NCBI GenBank assembly: GCA_951406725.2 | Contig: OX597816.1 | Location: 158,100,001-158,164,000 of the forward strand | Origin: Octopus vulgaris | Lineage: Eukaryota | DNA length: 64,000 nucleotides | Reading direction: 5' to 3' | Shown: positions 13,578 to 26,468 of the stretch, piece after piece | How the letters are laid out: each line of letters opens with the position of its first letter | Numbering within the stretch: position 1 is the first letter of the stretch | The notes under the pieces: generated by a model | The model's database searches: none | Told to the model about the DNA's origin: nothing | The model's input: only the letters and a program-made list of their open reading frames with translations | Made by a program: the position numbers and the translations under genes

Positions 13578-14197
13578 TCTATGGATATAAAATTCTTTGT
13601 CTCTGTCTGTAATCACAAGGGACTACACACAGAGGGGACAAACAAGGACAGACAAACGGATTAAGTCGATTACATCGACCCCCAGTGCGTAACTGGTACT
13701 TAATTTATCAATCCCGAAAGAATGAAGGGCAAAGTCGACCTCGGCGGAATTTGAACTCAGAACGTAACAGCAGGCAAAATACAGCTACGCATTTCGCCTG
13801 GCGTGCTAACGTTTCTGCCAGCTCGCCATGTATGTAATACATACACATACATATATCTCCATACTGTTATTTTTTCACACTGGAAATGCTATGATTTGGT
13901 GCAAAACAAATCAGTTGCAGTGCAGACTTCAACGTGATGGGTTGGGGGATTGTTTCATTATGGTAACAAATGCTGAAGAAGGTGGAGCTATAATGCCAGT
14001 TCAGAAACCGGTCCATGTGAGCACAAATACTAGAAAATATATAGCTGGACACTATAGTGATATGTTGAACGATTTTCTTAATCCGTATGCTCACAGACAG
14101 TTGATTTCTGTAGTTATTATCAGTGTTATTTTTTTGCCGGTTTAAGTGAGAGTTTTGACTTATTTCCAACAGGTAGACATAGTATGTCCTTTGATTA

Positions 14198-14241
<44 letters not shown>

Positions 14242-14245
14242 TTGT

Positions 14246-14291
<46 letters not shown>

Positions 14292-14645
14292 TATAACTTC
14301 AGGCCAACCAAAACCTTGTGAGTGGATTTCATACACGGAAACTAAAAGAAAACTGTCATATATTTGTGTGTGTGTGTGTGTCTGTGTCTGTGTGTGCGTG
14401 TGTCTGTCTGTATACCCTAACCATCGCTTGGCAACTGGTGTTGCTGTGTTTACACCCCCGTAACTTAGAGGTTTGACAAAAGACACCAATAGAATAAGTA
14501 CCAGGCTTACAAAGAATAAGTCCTGGGTTGATTTGTTCAACTAAAGGTGGTGCTCCAGCATGGCCGGAGTCACATGACTGAAAGAAGTAAAAGAATCAAA
14601 AACTATGCCATTTTAATCCCAAGCAATGCCAGGTATATCTGCTAG
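13578..14645 (+). mobile_element. Possible non-autonomous Helitron with nested SINE B, SINE A and a Tc1 relic
   Basis: Starts A|TC; ends with decayed hairpin CCCAAGCAATGCCAGG then TATATCTGCTAG|T. Confidence 0.4.
13930..14175 (+). pseudogene. Decayed Tc1/mariner transposase DDE fragment
   Basis: Across frames: NVMGWG (cf. VMVWG), HYSDMLNDFLNPYA (cf. Y..IL...L.P), YFQQ (cf. FQQDNA). Confidence 0.45.
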
Positions 14646-14649
14646 TGTA

Positions 14650-14705
<56 letters not shown>

Positions 14706-14817
14706 TACACGAGCAGACTGCGGCCGTACTGGAGCACCACCTTTAGTTGAACAAATCAACCCCAGGACTTATTCTTTGTAAACCTGGTACTTATTCTATT
14801 GGTGTCTATGGATATAT

Positions 14818-15018
14818 ATTTCGTTTTGGGATTTGGTTTGCAAGATTCTTTATGCAAGATTCTTTATGCAAGATTCTTTATGTATGTTGAAGCATATTCT
14901 GTTGTGTCTGGGGAGTCATTTTCTTTTTGTGCTTTATAAGAAATAAGTGGAAATTTTACAACTGAGTATGTTAAATTATAAGGCGCAAAAAGAAAATGAC
15001 TCTCCCCAGACACAACAC
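14818..15018. repeat. Foldback repeat, possibly a Penelope-type terminal repeat; related copy at ~51360-51530
   Basis: ~40-bp inverted arms TGTTGTGTCTGGGGAGTCATTTTCTTTTTG / CAAAAAGAAAATGACTCTCCCCAGACACAACA; 14-bp GCAAGATTCTTTAT x3. Confidence 0.65.
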
Positions 15019-15817
15019 TATATATATATATATATAGCAAAAAGTTTTCTAATCTGTTTTCACACACACATACATACAATAGGGTCAAATGCAGTCAACT
15101 ACATCGATTATTTCCTAACAAATATGTCGCTTATACTGATACTGAAATCAATATAGAACTTGGGGTGATGGAACTAAAAATTCAAATTCCTCTGGGACCA
15201 GCTTTGCATTTCCTCTCTGAGGGATAAATAAGTAATAAATTAGTACTAATTTAATTATCTTTCTCTACAGAAGTTCATCTTATTGCCTTTATTAAAAATT
15301 ATTTTAATTAATACACACACCCTTAAACAATTTTCATTAAAAAAAAAACATCAGTAAATAAAAAGCATTCTCTCTCTCTCTGAAAAGCTGTTGAAGGAAT
15401 GCAAGTTTAAAGGATAAAAAAACAGTCAAAAACATTGAGCAATGATTACTCAGACATAATTTTAGATAATGAAGCTCTAATAAGCTTTATTCACCAACAA
15501 ATCCTGTTGTTATAAGGGATTTATTGCAGTTAATTTTATTTTATACAATAAACTAATAAAGACTTTGTTTGACACTCCACATTAGTTCAACAGTAATAAT
15601 ATTCTCCCTAAACAGCACAAGGGATTCAAAAGAAAAAGAAAGGAAGATGCAATAAATAAATAAACAGTATAAATGTTCAATGAAGTTAATGTCCGAGTAA
15701 TTAAGATCCATCCACACTTCTCGTTAATAAGCATTATAGATTTGATAAAATACAAGCAATTATTGTAATCCTCACAGCTAACTGCAAATAATCATCTAAA
15801 GTAAATAATCTTCAATA

Positions 15818-16232
15818 GTCGTAGGAGTGGTTGCGTGGTAAGTAGCTTGCTTACCAACCACATGGTTTCAGGTTCAGTCCCACTGCGTGGCACCTTGGGC
15901 AAGTGTTTGCTACTATAGCCTCAGGCTGACCAAAGCCTTTTGAGTGGATTTGGTAGACAGAAACTGAAAGAGGCCCGTCATAGATATGTATATGTATATA
16001 TATATATGTATGTGTGTGCATACAGTTGTGTCTCTGTGTTTGTCCCCAACATTGCTTGACAACCGATGTTGGTGTGTTTACGTCCCTGTAACTTAGTGGT
16101 TCGACAAAAGGAGACCAACAGAATAAGTACTAGGCTTACAAAGAATAAGTCCTGCGGTTGATTTGCTCGACTAAAGGTGGTGCTCTAGCATGGCCACAGT
16201 CAAATGACTGAAACAAGTAAAAGAGTAAAGAG
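15818..16232 (+). mobile_element. Full-length SINE family A
   Basis: tRNA-like head, CORE-like CACCTTGGGCAAGTG, tail AAGTAAAAGAGTAAAGAG. Confidence 0.9.
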
Positions 16233-16374
16233 TTGCCCTCAAACGATTAGAGAAGTTTTTGAACAAAGAAATAAGCACCATTCATGCATGGGTCGTTGTC
16301 AGTGCCAGTGGCATGTAAAAGGCACCTTCCAAACCCCACAATGATTTAATTCAAAATAATATGAATTTTTTATG

Positions 16375-16760
16375 CTTTATTTGTTTCGGCCATTCGACTG
16401 TGGCCATGTTGGGGCACTGGCTTGAAGAATTGTTGGTTGAATGAATCAACCCCAGTACTTTTTTGTTTTTAAAGACTGGTACTGATTCTATTGATCTCTT
16501 TTGCCAAACCAGTTACAGGGATGTAAACACACCGACACCGGTTGTCAAGTGGTGGTAGGCGACAAGCACAGACACAAAGAGATATAAATACTTACATGTG
16601 ATGAGCTTGTTTCCGTTTTCACTGACCACATCCACTGACAAGGCTTTGGTTGGTCCGAGGCTATAGTAGAAGACAATTGTCCAAGGTACCACACAGTGGG
16701 ACTGAACCCAGAACCATGTAGTTGAGAAGCAAGCTTCTTACCACACAGCCAAGCCTGGAC
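16375..16760 (-). mobile_element. SINE family A, inverted relative to 15818-16232
   Basis: Reverse complement match over its whole length. Confidence 0.85.
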
Positions 16761-17519
16761 CTATAAATAAGTATTACATTTGACAGAGTAATCTGAATGT
16801 TAAAGAACATGTTATATAATGTAGTCGTATATCTGAGAGAATAAATAATAGGATGGTCATGGCTGGAAAGCCTTTGATCATTGGTCTGTTGGTTTGGCAC
16901 TGACCTAAGGCTAAACAACATCTAGAACTCAACATTGTCAATGTCTATATGATAATTTATAAATGTCCTCAACTGATCTTTGAAAACAACACAAAGAAAT
17001 TCATAAGAGAGCAAAACAAAAAGATTATTAAATTTGTAATGTTTGCTCCTATCTGTAATGTGATTTCAGTCAGTCCCTCGTGTGCATGCGTGTGTCTGTG
17101 TGTCCATATGTGTGTCTTTTACAGTTTTGCCAGTCAAATATAATAGCACAATATTCTTTCAAGTCCTTGTAATATAATAGGCTACCAGCAGTTCACGCAT
17201 AGACACACAAACTTACATACGGCTCGTGACAAGGGAGACAAAGAGGGGAGCAGACAGACGGAGAGACAAACAGTGCAAAAGAGAGCGTGAGTGAATGTAT
17301 GTGCGTGCATGTGTTGCACCATATGCAAGTTCAGGGAATTTTAAATATCATCTTCAAAGAGGTGAAATATGCAAAAGTGGTGGTGGTGGTGGTGATAGGG
17401 GGAGGAAAATTCTAGTGATGGCAATGGTGGAGGATATGGGTAACAGTGTTGGAATGGCAGTGCAAGGTTCTGGGAGAGGATGATAGTTACGATGGTAAAG
17501 ATAAAAACGAGATTTTGAA

Positions 17520-17608
17520 GACACACACACACGCACATACATATATTCATACATATATATATATATATATACACACACACACCTACGCACACACATACGC
17601 ACACACAT

Positions 17609-17647
<39 letters not shown>

Positions 17648-17698
17648 CATCAATACATACACACATACATACGTACACACATACACATACATACATAC

Positions 17699-17753
<55 letters not shown>

Positions 17754-17770
17754 TTCATACATACACATAT
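17520..17770. repeat. Compound (CA)n/(TA)n/(CATA)n microsatellite
   Basis: Directly visible. Confidence 0.95.
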
Positions 17771-18529
17771 GCAATTAGAGAGCTTCCAAAGTAGCTGTCT
17801 GTTTTGCACCAGACAGACAAGAATGAATTCAGAAAAGTTTGGTAGTGCTTTAAATCTAAATGAATCAAGTTACCAAGAAAAGAAAAATGAAATTTACTCA
17901 CAAGAGATTACACACACACACACACACACAGTGTTGTTGCAACATTACACTCCATGGGCCATCTTATCACCCTGGTCAGAATATCTAGCGATAACTGACT
18001 TTGAGTAAATAGATACAAATGGAATTGTATATTGAAACTGAGAGAATGTTGAAAAGAAGTCAAACAGTGAGATTGCTTAAAAACTAAATCTTGGCGAGAA
18101 AAATCTTTTTTAATATTGAACATCTCAGATTACTGAAAATTATTCTCTTAATATAAAAATATTTCAATAATTTTTTGGCATAAAATAATATAAACTATTA
18201 TTATTATTATTATTAATAATAATAATAATCGTTTAACGTCTGCTTTCCATTCTGGCACGGGTTGGACAATTTGACTGAGGACTGGCGAACCAGAGGGCTG
18301 CACCAGGCTCCAATCTGATCTGGCAGAGTTTCTACAGCTGGATGCCCTTCTTAACGCCAACCACTCCAAGAGAGTAGTGAGTGCTTTTACGTGCCACTGG
18401 CATGAGGGCTAGTCAGATGGTACTGGCAATGCCCATGCTCGAATGGTATTTTTTATGTGCCACCTGCACAAGAGCCAGTCCAGCGGCACTGGCAACAACC
18501 TCGCTCAAATAATAATAATAATAATAATC

Positions 18530-18745
18530 GTTTCTACTAAAGGCACAAGGCCTGAAATTTTGGAGTAGAGGACTAGTAAATTACATCAGCCCCAGTGTTT
18601 CCCTGGTACTTAATTTATCGACCCCCAAAAGGATGAAAGGCAAAGTCAACCTCGGCGGAATTTGAACTCAGAACACAACAATGGGTGAAATACTGCTAAG
18701 CATTTCATTCAGCATGCTAACAATTCTGCCAGCTTGCCACCTTGA
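18530..18745 (-). mobile_element. SINE family B, with a central domain resembling the Deu/Nin SINE domain
   Basis: Family B body (consensus GCCTTTCATCCTTTCGGGGTCGATAAATTAAGTACCAG) on the minus strand, between (AAT)n tracts. Confidence 0.82.
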
Positions 18746-20314
18746 ATAATAATAATAATAACAAGAGCACTCAGAGAGCGCAAACCTCCACCAAGGCAAC
18801 ACCAACGTCCTCTCAACAATTAGCCAGAGATGATTTTTTTAAATGAGAATATCTGAAATAAACTCGACTGCTCTTACAAATGAGAATACTAAAAATGAAC
18901 CCACCTGCTCTCAAAAATTAAGTAAAAAAAAAAGCAGGAAAAATAATCCAGAATCCTGGTCTGGTACTGAGGTTTGAACTCAGAACATAGCGACATGCAA
19001 AATACTGCTAAGCATTTCACCCAGCGTGCTAACGATTCTGCCAGCTCACTGCCTTCATAATAATAATAATGATGATAATGTGATAAAGACAAAATGCCAA
19101 GAAAAAGGTGAGATAACAATACAATAAATTAATAAATAGAAAACATTAAATAAGTAACAACATAAAAGGCCCTCCAACTACATTCACCCTGTTTCACCAC
19201 CAATGCAACCTTAGAGTACCCTGATAGAGCAATACAAAAAAAAAGAGAGAAAGTGCTTTCTCCAGTTCTTGGGCACCTTGGGCAAGTGTCTTCTACTATA
19301 GCCTCAGGCCAACCAAAGCCTTGTGAGTGGATTTGGTAAGCAGAAGGTGAAAGAAGCCAGTCATGAGTGTGTGTGTGTGTGTGGGGGGGGGGTATATCTC
19401 ATTCAAGCAGTGTGTGTGTCAATCACCACTGCTTGGTTGACAACCGGTGTTGGTGTGTTTACATTCCCATAACAATAGTAGCTCAGCAAAAGAGCCAACC
19501 GAGAAAGTACTGGAGTCAATTCTCCAAGGTTGTGCCCCAGCATGGCTGCAATCTAATGACTAAAACAAGTAAAAAAAAATTCAACATACAAAGAGAAAAT
19601 TGCATATCAGGAAAGATGTAATTGCTTATTTTTGTTGCATTTTTATTTTCATAATTATTTTTCTTTTCGTTTTTTTCATTCTGGAAATTAACAAATAACA
19701 AGCCTCCCAGTCAAAATTGTCCACATACCAGAGCAGCAAGGTAGTGTTACTTGAAGTCTTCAATTTGCTGTCAAGAAGACAGGTTCCTAAGATTAAATGC
19801 TATGTAAGAAGGTGTCTGTCCACTTGACTCTCAGCTCATTCTCAGCTTGTTGTATAAGGATTTTAACTAAGTTCCAGGTTGAATTTATAGCATGTAACCA
19901 AACAATTATTTCGTATTACATCTTATGTACCATCAACTTCATCATCATCATTTTAAGATTGGCTTTTCCATGCTTGCAAAAGGTGAGATCTGCTGGAGTA
20001 GATTTTCTCTAGCTAGACACTCTTCCAACTGTCAACCCTCACCTGTTTCCAAACAATATTTTCCCATGGCTGGAAATGTTTCCACTTAAGATTAGAAACG
20101 AAAGACATCATCTGTAAGATGGTGACAATCATTTTACAACAATCACCTAATATCAAGAACACACACACATACATACACATACAAACATGTATCTTATAGG
20201 TTTCTTTCAGTTTCCATTTACCACATCTGCTTACATGGTTTTTGGTTGGCTAGGAATTATAGCAAAAGATACTTGCCAAAGGTGTCATGCAGTCGGACTG
20301 AACCTGAAAATATA

Positions 20315-20779
20315 TACTGTATTTTAACTTGTATACAGAACCCTCGTGTATAAGGAAACCCCTAATTTTAGGGTCTTAAAATTTGGAAAAAAGGTTTTGA
20401 AGGGATTATAATACTATCCATGTATAAGAAATACCCATATTTTTTTAAACCTAATTTTAGACAAAAAAAAAGGGTTACTTATATATGTTAAAATATGGTA
20501 CTTTGAAAGACCCTTTTCAATTTTTCTTCCATCCCCATCCGCCAAACCATACCTCATTCTATTGACTTGTTTTTTATGTTTTTTCTTCTCTTTTCTAATT
20601 CTCACAAGACAAATTACCATATTTTAACATGTGTAAAGAACCCCTAATTTTGGGGGCTTAGAATTTGGAAAAAAAAGTTTTGTAAGGGATTATAATACTA
20701 GCCATGTGTAAGAAACTTCCGTATTTCTTTAACCTAATTTTTGACGAAAAGGGTTCCTTATACATGTTAAAATATAGTA
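20315..20779. mobile_element. Pair of TA-flanked pogo/Tc2-like MITEs (20315-20500 and 20615-20779) inside a SINE head
   Basis: TIRs TACYRTATTTTAAC...GTTAAAATAYRGTA; the two copies are direct repeats. Confidence 0.75.
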
Positions 20780-21628
20780 GTTGGGGACATGGTTTTGGGT
20801 TCAGTTCCACTGCATGGCACATTGGGCAAATGAATGGGAAAAGGATATCATTACAAGAGTTTACCTAAAGCCATCTAAGATTCTCCTAATAGCATTCAAC
20901 ATAAGATTTATCAGCAGGCATCAAAGAAATTATGACCTGTAAGAAATACCAACCTAAATCAACCTTGAATCACACCATGCAATCTTTAAAAGGAAAAGCA
21001 TACACTTGGTAATATAGTCCTATATATTAGTAAGTCTGGTTGTAGGAAAGGAACAAAAAAAAATTAGATGGATTAGTCACAGCTGGAACACCTGCTTCAG
21101 CAGAATTGACCTCAAGCTAGACAACAACAAACAGCATCAAATACAACAATGTATAATCAAATAAATATAAAAAAAAAAGGAAAGAAAATAGGTTTGATGG
21201 ATCAGGGTTGATATGAGTTGACACAACAGTGACAACATGAAAAGGAAAACAAATAATATAGAAAAAAAATGCAAAGTTCCATAAAAGAATCCAAATTTAA
21301 CATGTGAAGCAATACTTTTTTTTCCTTTCAAAACAAAGTGAGAAAATAATATTTCAAATATTTGCCTTTGTCAAGGAAAGTATTTCAATAAATAGTGTAG
21401 GATTATTGTTGCCCTCAAGGAATATCCTATTGCATTCAAACTACTGGAGCACTTTCCTTTATAGCTTGTGAAAAATATTTTGTTTTGATAACACATGCTA
21501 TAAAAACATATGCATGTGTGTGTGTATACACACATACATTAGGTGTGTGTGTGTGTGTGTGTGTGTATACAGCAAGAGAAGGCATGTAGCCTAGTGTATA
21601 TATATATATATAAGTGTGTGTGTGTATG

Positions 21629-21670
<42 letters not shown>

Positions 21671-21944
21671 CATACATATGTCATTGCCACTGCCACCAGA
21701 CTGGCTCCTCTGCCAGTGGCATGTAAAAAGCACCATTTGAGCATGGTGAATGCCAGTACTGCCTGACTGGCCCTCATGCCAGTGGTATGTAAAAAGCACC
21801 CACTACACTCTCAGAGGATTGGCATTAGGAAGGGCATCCAGCTGTAGAAACCATGCCAGATCAGGTTGGAACGTGGTACAGCCTCTAGCTTGCCAGTCCT
21901 CAGTCAAACCATCCAATCCATGCCAGTATGGAAAGCAGATGTTA

Positions 21945-22660
21945 AAGTAGTACCTTGACTTATGAGTGTCCCAACTAATGAGTTTTTTGAGATACAAGCC
22001 ATCTCATGGCCATTTCTTTTGCTTTGAGTTGCAAGCTAAACTTTGTGTTACAAGCCAGTTTCAGACACCCCACTGCTAGTCAGTGTAGTGAACACCACAG
22101 TGAATGCCATACCATCTGTCCAGCATCCCATGTCTCTCTCAATAGCTGGACAGATGTGCACATTAGCAAGTGCAAAGATCATGAGTAGATTGATAGCTAG
22201 ACAGACATGCGCATTAGCAAATATGAAGATCATTAGTGCTTAATTAGTTGTTGTAGGCTAAAGAAGCATCAGTGTTGTGCTTGCAGTTATTTTGCAAAAC
22301 TTTGTTTTTCCAACCCCAGGTCCAAAGAAAGTGAATGCAAAGGACAGTGGGGAGAAGAAGCGAATGATATGCATTGAAATAAAGAAAGAAATTACTGAAA
22401 AACATGACCAAGGTGTGCATGTAGTTGACATGGCAAAGCAGTACGAGCATAGCACTTCTGCGATCTGCACCATACTGAAGTAGGAGGAATCAATAAAGTC
22501 CTATACCACCTGCCAAAGGTGTTAAAATAATTTCTATCCATGAAAATATGGAGAAGCTACTGATGGTGAGGTTGATGGAGAAGCTACTGATGGTGAGGTT
22601 GATGGAGAAGCAGCTCACAGGAGGATACCATGACGGAGGCTATAATCTGCAATGAGCTAT
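21945..22660 (+). mobile_element. Tigger/pogo DNA transposon 5' part with a pseudogenised CENP-B-type HTH transposase N-terminus
   Basis: TIR-like TA|AAGTAGTACCTTGACTTATGAG; GPKKVNAKDSGEKKRMICIEIKKEITEKHDQGVHVVDMAKQYEHSTSAICTILK*EESIK ... HENMEKLLMV..MEKQL; internal 27-bp duplication. Confidence 0.85.
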
Positions 22661-23837
22661 TTATGCTCTTTTGCTGCAGCAGATCCCAGGCACTTGTACA
22701 GACAAGTCATCATGGTGTTAGGAAGGGCATCCAGCTGTAGAAACACTACCAGATCAGATTGGAGCTTGGGGCAGCATCCTAGTTTCCAAGACCCCAGTCG
22801 AACCATCCAACCCATGCCAGCATGGAAAACAGACGTTAAACGATGATGATGATGATGATATATATTATATATGCTAGCATGGGTTGGACGGTTCAACTGG
22901 GGTCTGGGAAGCCCGAAGGCTGCACCAGGCCCAGTCAGATCTGGCAGTGTTTCTACAGTTAGGAAGGGCATCCAGCTGTAGAAACACTGCCAGATCTGAC
23001 TGGGCCTGGTGCAGCCTTCGGGCTTCCCAGACCCCAGTTGAACTGTCCAACCCATGCTAGCATGGAAATCAGACGTTAAACGATGATGATATATATATAT
23101 ATATATAGGCAAATTCAACAAAAAGAAAAAAAAAACAACACAATCTGAACACACATACACAATGTTAGATGTAAGCTTCAATTTGAAATGAATTTGCATC
23201 ATATTTTCTGATATCATTTATTTAAATTGTTCCAGTTAGTTGGTAGTGGGAAAGAAATTTGTAGAAACAAAAAGGAAGTAGATTACTCTAATAATTGATA
23301 CATCTAGAAAATGAACAAACATCCTTGTTGAAGATATCTAGGGTGTGACAGTCACAAAAGCATGTTTGAAGAAGCAATAAATTAGCTTTATCTAAATATA
23401 ATTCTGAGTAATTATTTTACATAATTGACCTACATAAGAACAATCACAGGATCAGCACCTGAGCTACTTGTATCTGAGTTCCCATTCCAGCCTAAGTTAT
23501 TAACTTGGCTTTACCCACAGACAACAATATATAAGATATGCCACAAATGTATCTCTATATGGCCATGTAATGTTATGAGAAAAAGCAGTTGAATCTCCTA
23601 CAAATCACACTTGAAGCATACATTAGAAAATGTAATAGTTGATTTACAAAATGACAAATATCATCATCATAGATGCAGTAATGACTGTGTGGTTAAGAAG
23701 CTCACTTTGCAACCACATGATTTTGGGTTCAGTCCCACTGCACAGCACTTTGGGCCAGTGTTTTCAACTGTAACCCCAGACTGACCAATGCCTTGGCGAG
23801 TGAATTTGGTAGACAGAAACTCTGTGGAAGCTCATTG

Positions 23838-23876
<39 letters not shown>

Positions 23877-24935
23877 ATATATATATATCATCATCATTTA
23901 ATGTCCACTTTCCATGCTGGCATAGGTTGGATGGTTTGACTGAGGACTGGCAAGCCAGGAGGCTGCACCAGGCTCCAATCTGATAAGGTTTCTACAGCTG
24001 GATGTCCTTCCTAATGCCAACCACTCAGAGTGTAGTGGGTGCATTTTATGTGCCACCTGCACAAGTGCCATTCAGGCAGCACTGGCATCGGCCATGCTTG
24101 AATGGTGCTTTTTATATGCCACCGGCACAGGAGCCAATATCTATACGAGTCTCGGACATTTAGCCCACTTGGACAATAACCCCCCTCACACACACACACA
24201 CACAAGGACAATTACCCCTGAGGACAACAGATGATGATTTAAAACTTCTTAATATATTGGAGAGGGGGTAATTAACCAAAGGGGGAAATTGTCCTGATAC
24301 GATATATATTGGCCCTCATGCTGGTGGCACGTAAAAAGCATGTGTATAAATAATGCATGTGCAGTGCATGTGTGTGTGCATATTCATAAAACTATTTCAG
24401 TTGATCCTACTGATTAATTTTGCACTGAGTATCACTAGATATTACATAACAACATGGTTAAGTAATACCACGTGCTCTAGAGATGGCTTGCATGGAAAAA
24501 TATGGCAACTGCCTATCTATGCCTATGCGAGTATGTATGTATCTGTGTATGTATGTATGTATTTGTAGGTGAGTGTGTGTGTAGGTAGGTTCTCCAGCAC
24601 TACCGCATATGTATATGTTTTTCACAGTACACGAATGTCAGGTAGATACAGACTTCAAATAAGATATATAGGTGACATTGATTTCAAAGCATGACACATT
24701 CCAACCTCTTTTTATTTGATCTGGTGGTGGTTTTAAATCCTTTACAAAGAAACCATTTCCGCTGGAAAAACTAATACATTACTTATATTCATTTGAGAAT
24801 AGAAATTATAAGTTCATAGTGTGAGAATATGGAACACGGGGACTCATTTCTTATTCATATATTTTTGCTTGCTTTTCACAACCAGAACAAAGCAACCATA
24901 GTACACAGACAGAGGTATATATGTATGTGTGTATG

Positions 24936-24973
<38 letters not shown>

Positions 24974-25189
24974 AGACAGATAGATAAATAGATAGATAGA
25001 GAGAAAGAGTGAGAGAGACAGACAGACAGATAGATAAATAAATAGATATGTATGTATTTCTATATACACACACTAGTTATTCAGGTAACGTTTTCTTTTT
25101 TTGTATTCTGGTGCATCAATTTAAAATACCTTGTTACTATGTAAAGGAATCTATTTTTGATCTCCATGTGATTATCCTCTATTGATCTG

Positions 25190-25435
25190 CAATCTATTTC
25201 AGACCACCACCAGCACAACTACAAAAACACCAACAACAGCACAGAACACACACACATACAAAGACAAGAACAACAGCACTAATAGAAGTAACAACAGCAA
25301 CAATAACAACATGAATAAAAATCAACCACAACTATATCAACACTGCCAACAACAACAACAACAACAGCAGCAGCATTTGGAGAAATAACAGCAACAACAA
25401 AGCCAACAACTTATCAATACTGCCACCAACCACAA
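25190..25435. repeat. Degenerate (CAA/CAG)n low-complexity tract
   Basis: Directly visible. Confidence 0.85.
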
Positions 25436-26169
25436 TACCTTGGCAGGAAGTAGTTAATTTCCTTTATCTGACCCCCCTCACCACTCCACTACCTGCACCA
25501 CCTCTTTGGTATTAGGACAAGATTTTGGCAGAATGACACTGCAATAAATATCTAAACCCTGGTAGAGAAGTGAGAGGAAGAACCCTGGAGAGAAAGAGTA
25601 ATTTCTATAATAAAACCTGATTGCACATCACCACTGGACAACAAACAATGGTGTGTGTGTGTGTATAACAAAGAGGTTTGGTACAACCACACTATTCACA
25701 GCATGATTAAAGAGTAAGGACACGGTCACCAAGGACAGACAGACAGGCAAGGACTCTCTTTCAATGACAGAAAGTGTGCCAGACGAAATCCAATACAGTA
25801 TTTAGTTCTTCATTCTTGAGTCACAGTTCTAATTCGAATTTCTCCAAGCTTGTTTATACCTTTCATCTCTTCAGAGGTTGACAGACAAAATAAGTCTTTC
25901 AAACATTGGCATGAGGAAGAGCAATTTTGATGGAGGAGGGTAGGGGTAGTCAATTACATCACCCTCAGTGCTAAACTGGTACTTATTTTAATAACCTTGA
26001 AAGGATGAAAGGCAAAGTCAACCTCAGAGGGATTTGAACTCAGAATGTTATGAGTTTGGAAGAAATATCAGTAAGCATTTTGTCTGACACTAACAATTCT
26101 GCCAGCTCACCATTTAGTTGATAGACAAAGTGACTCTTTCTACTATAGGCACAAAGCCTGAAATTTGGT

Positions 26170-26468
26170 TTGTTCCTTCTTGAGCCATGCCTTGCTCATA
26201 AGGACCAGTTTCCTGGTTTCTTTGGCGTATAGGTTCCCCACCTGGACGGGATGCTGGTCCATCGCAGGTGAGCTGCAAGATGCAGGAGGAATGAGTGAGA
26301 GAAAGTTGTAGCGAAAGAGTCAGCAGAGGTTCACCATTACCTTCTCCCGGAGCCGCGTGGAGCTTAGGTGTTTCGCTCATAAACACACACATCACCCAGT
26401 CTGAGATTCGGACCCATGATCCCTCGACCACGAGTCCGCTCTCTAACCACTAGGCCATGTGCCTCCAC
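26170..26468 (-). mobile_element. V-domain-like tRNA SINE inserted into a family B SINE, 12-bp TSD
   Basis: Head GTGGAGGCACATGGCCTAGTGGTTAGAG; V-like CCTGCGATGGACCAGCATCCCGTCCAGG; TSD CTGAAATTTGGT at 26158 and 26469. Confidence 0.88.

Noticed and set aside
15818-15895. tRNA gene
   Set aside because: A and B boxes run into a SINE body with no complete cloverleaf; the same holds for the other SINE heads
17341-17809. Cys/Val- and His/Thr-rich ORFs (also at 14.1-14.5, 21.4-21.8 and 33.0-33.5 kb)
   Set aside because: (CA)n/(TA)n microsatellite translations
24148-24302. Small element with GGACAAT(A/T)ACCCC repeats and imperfect inverted ends
   Set aside because: Single decayed copy; TIR and TSD too poor to classify
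25182-25388. Poly-Q/N/T protein
   Set aside because: Degenerate (CAA)n tract without convincing splice sites
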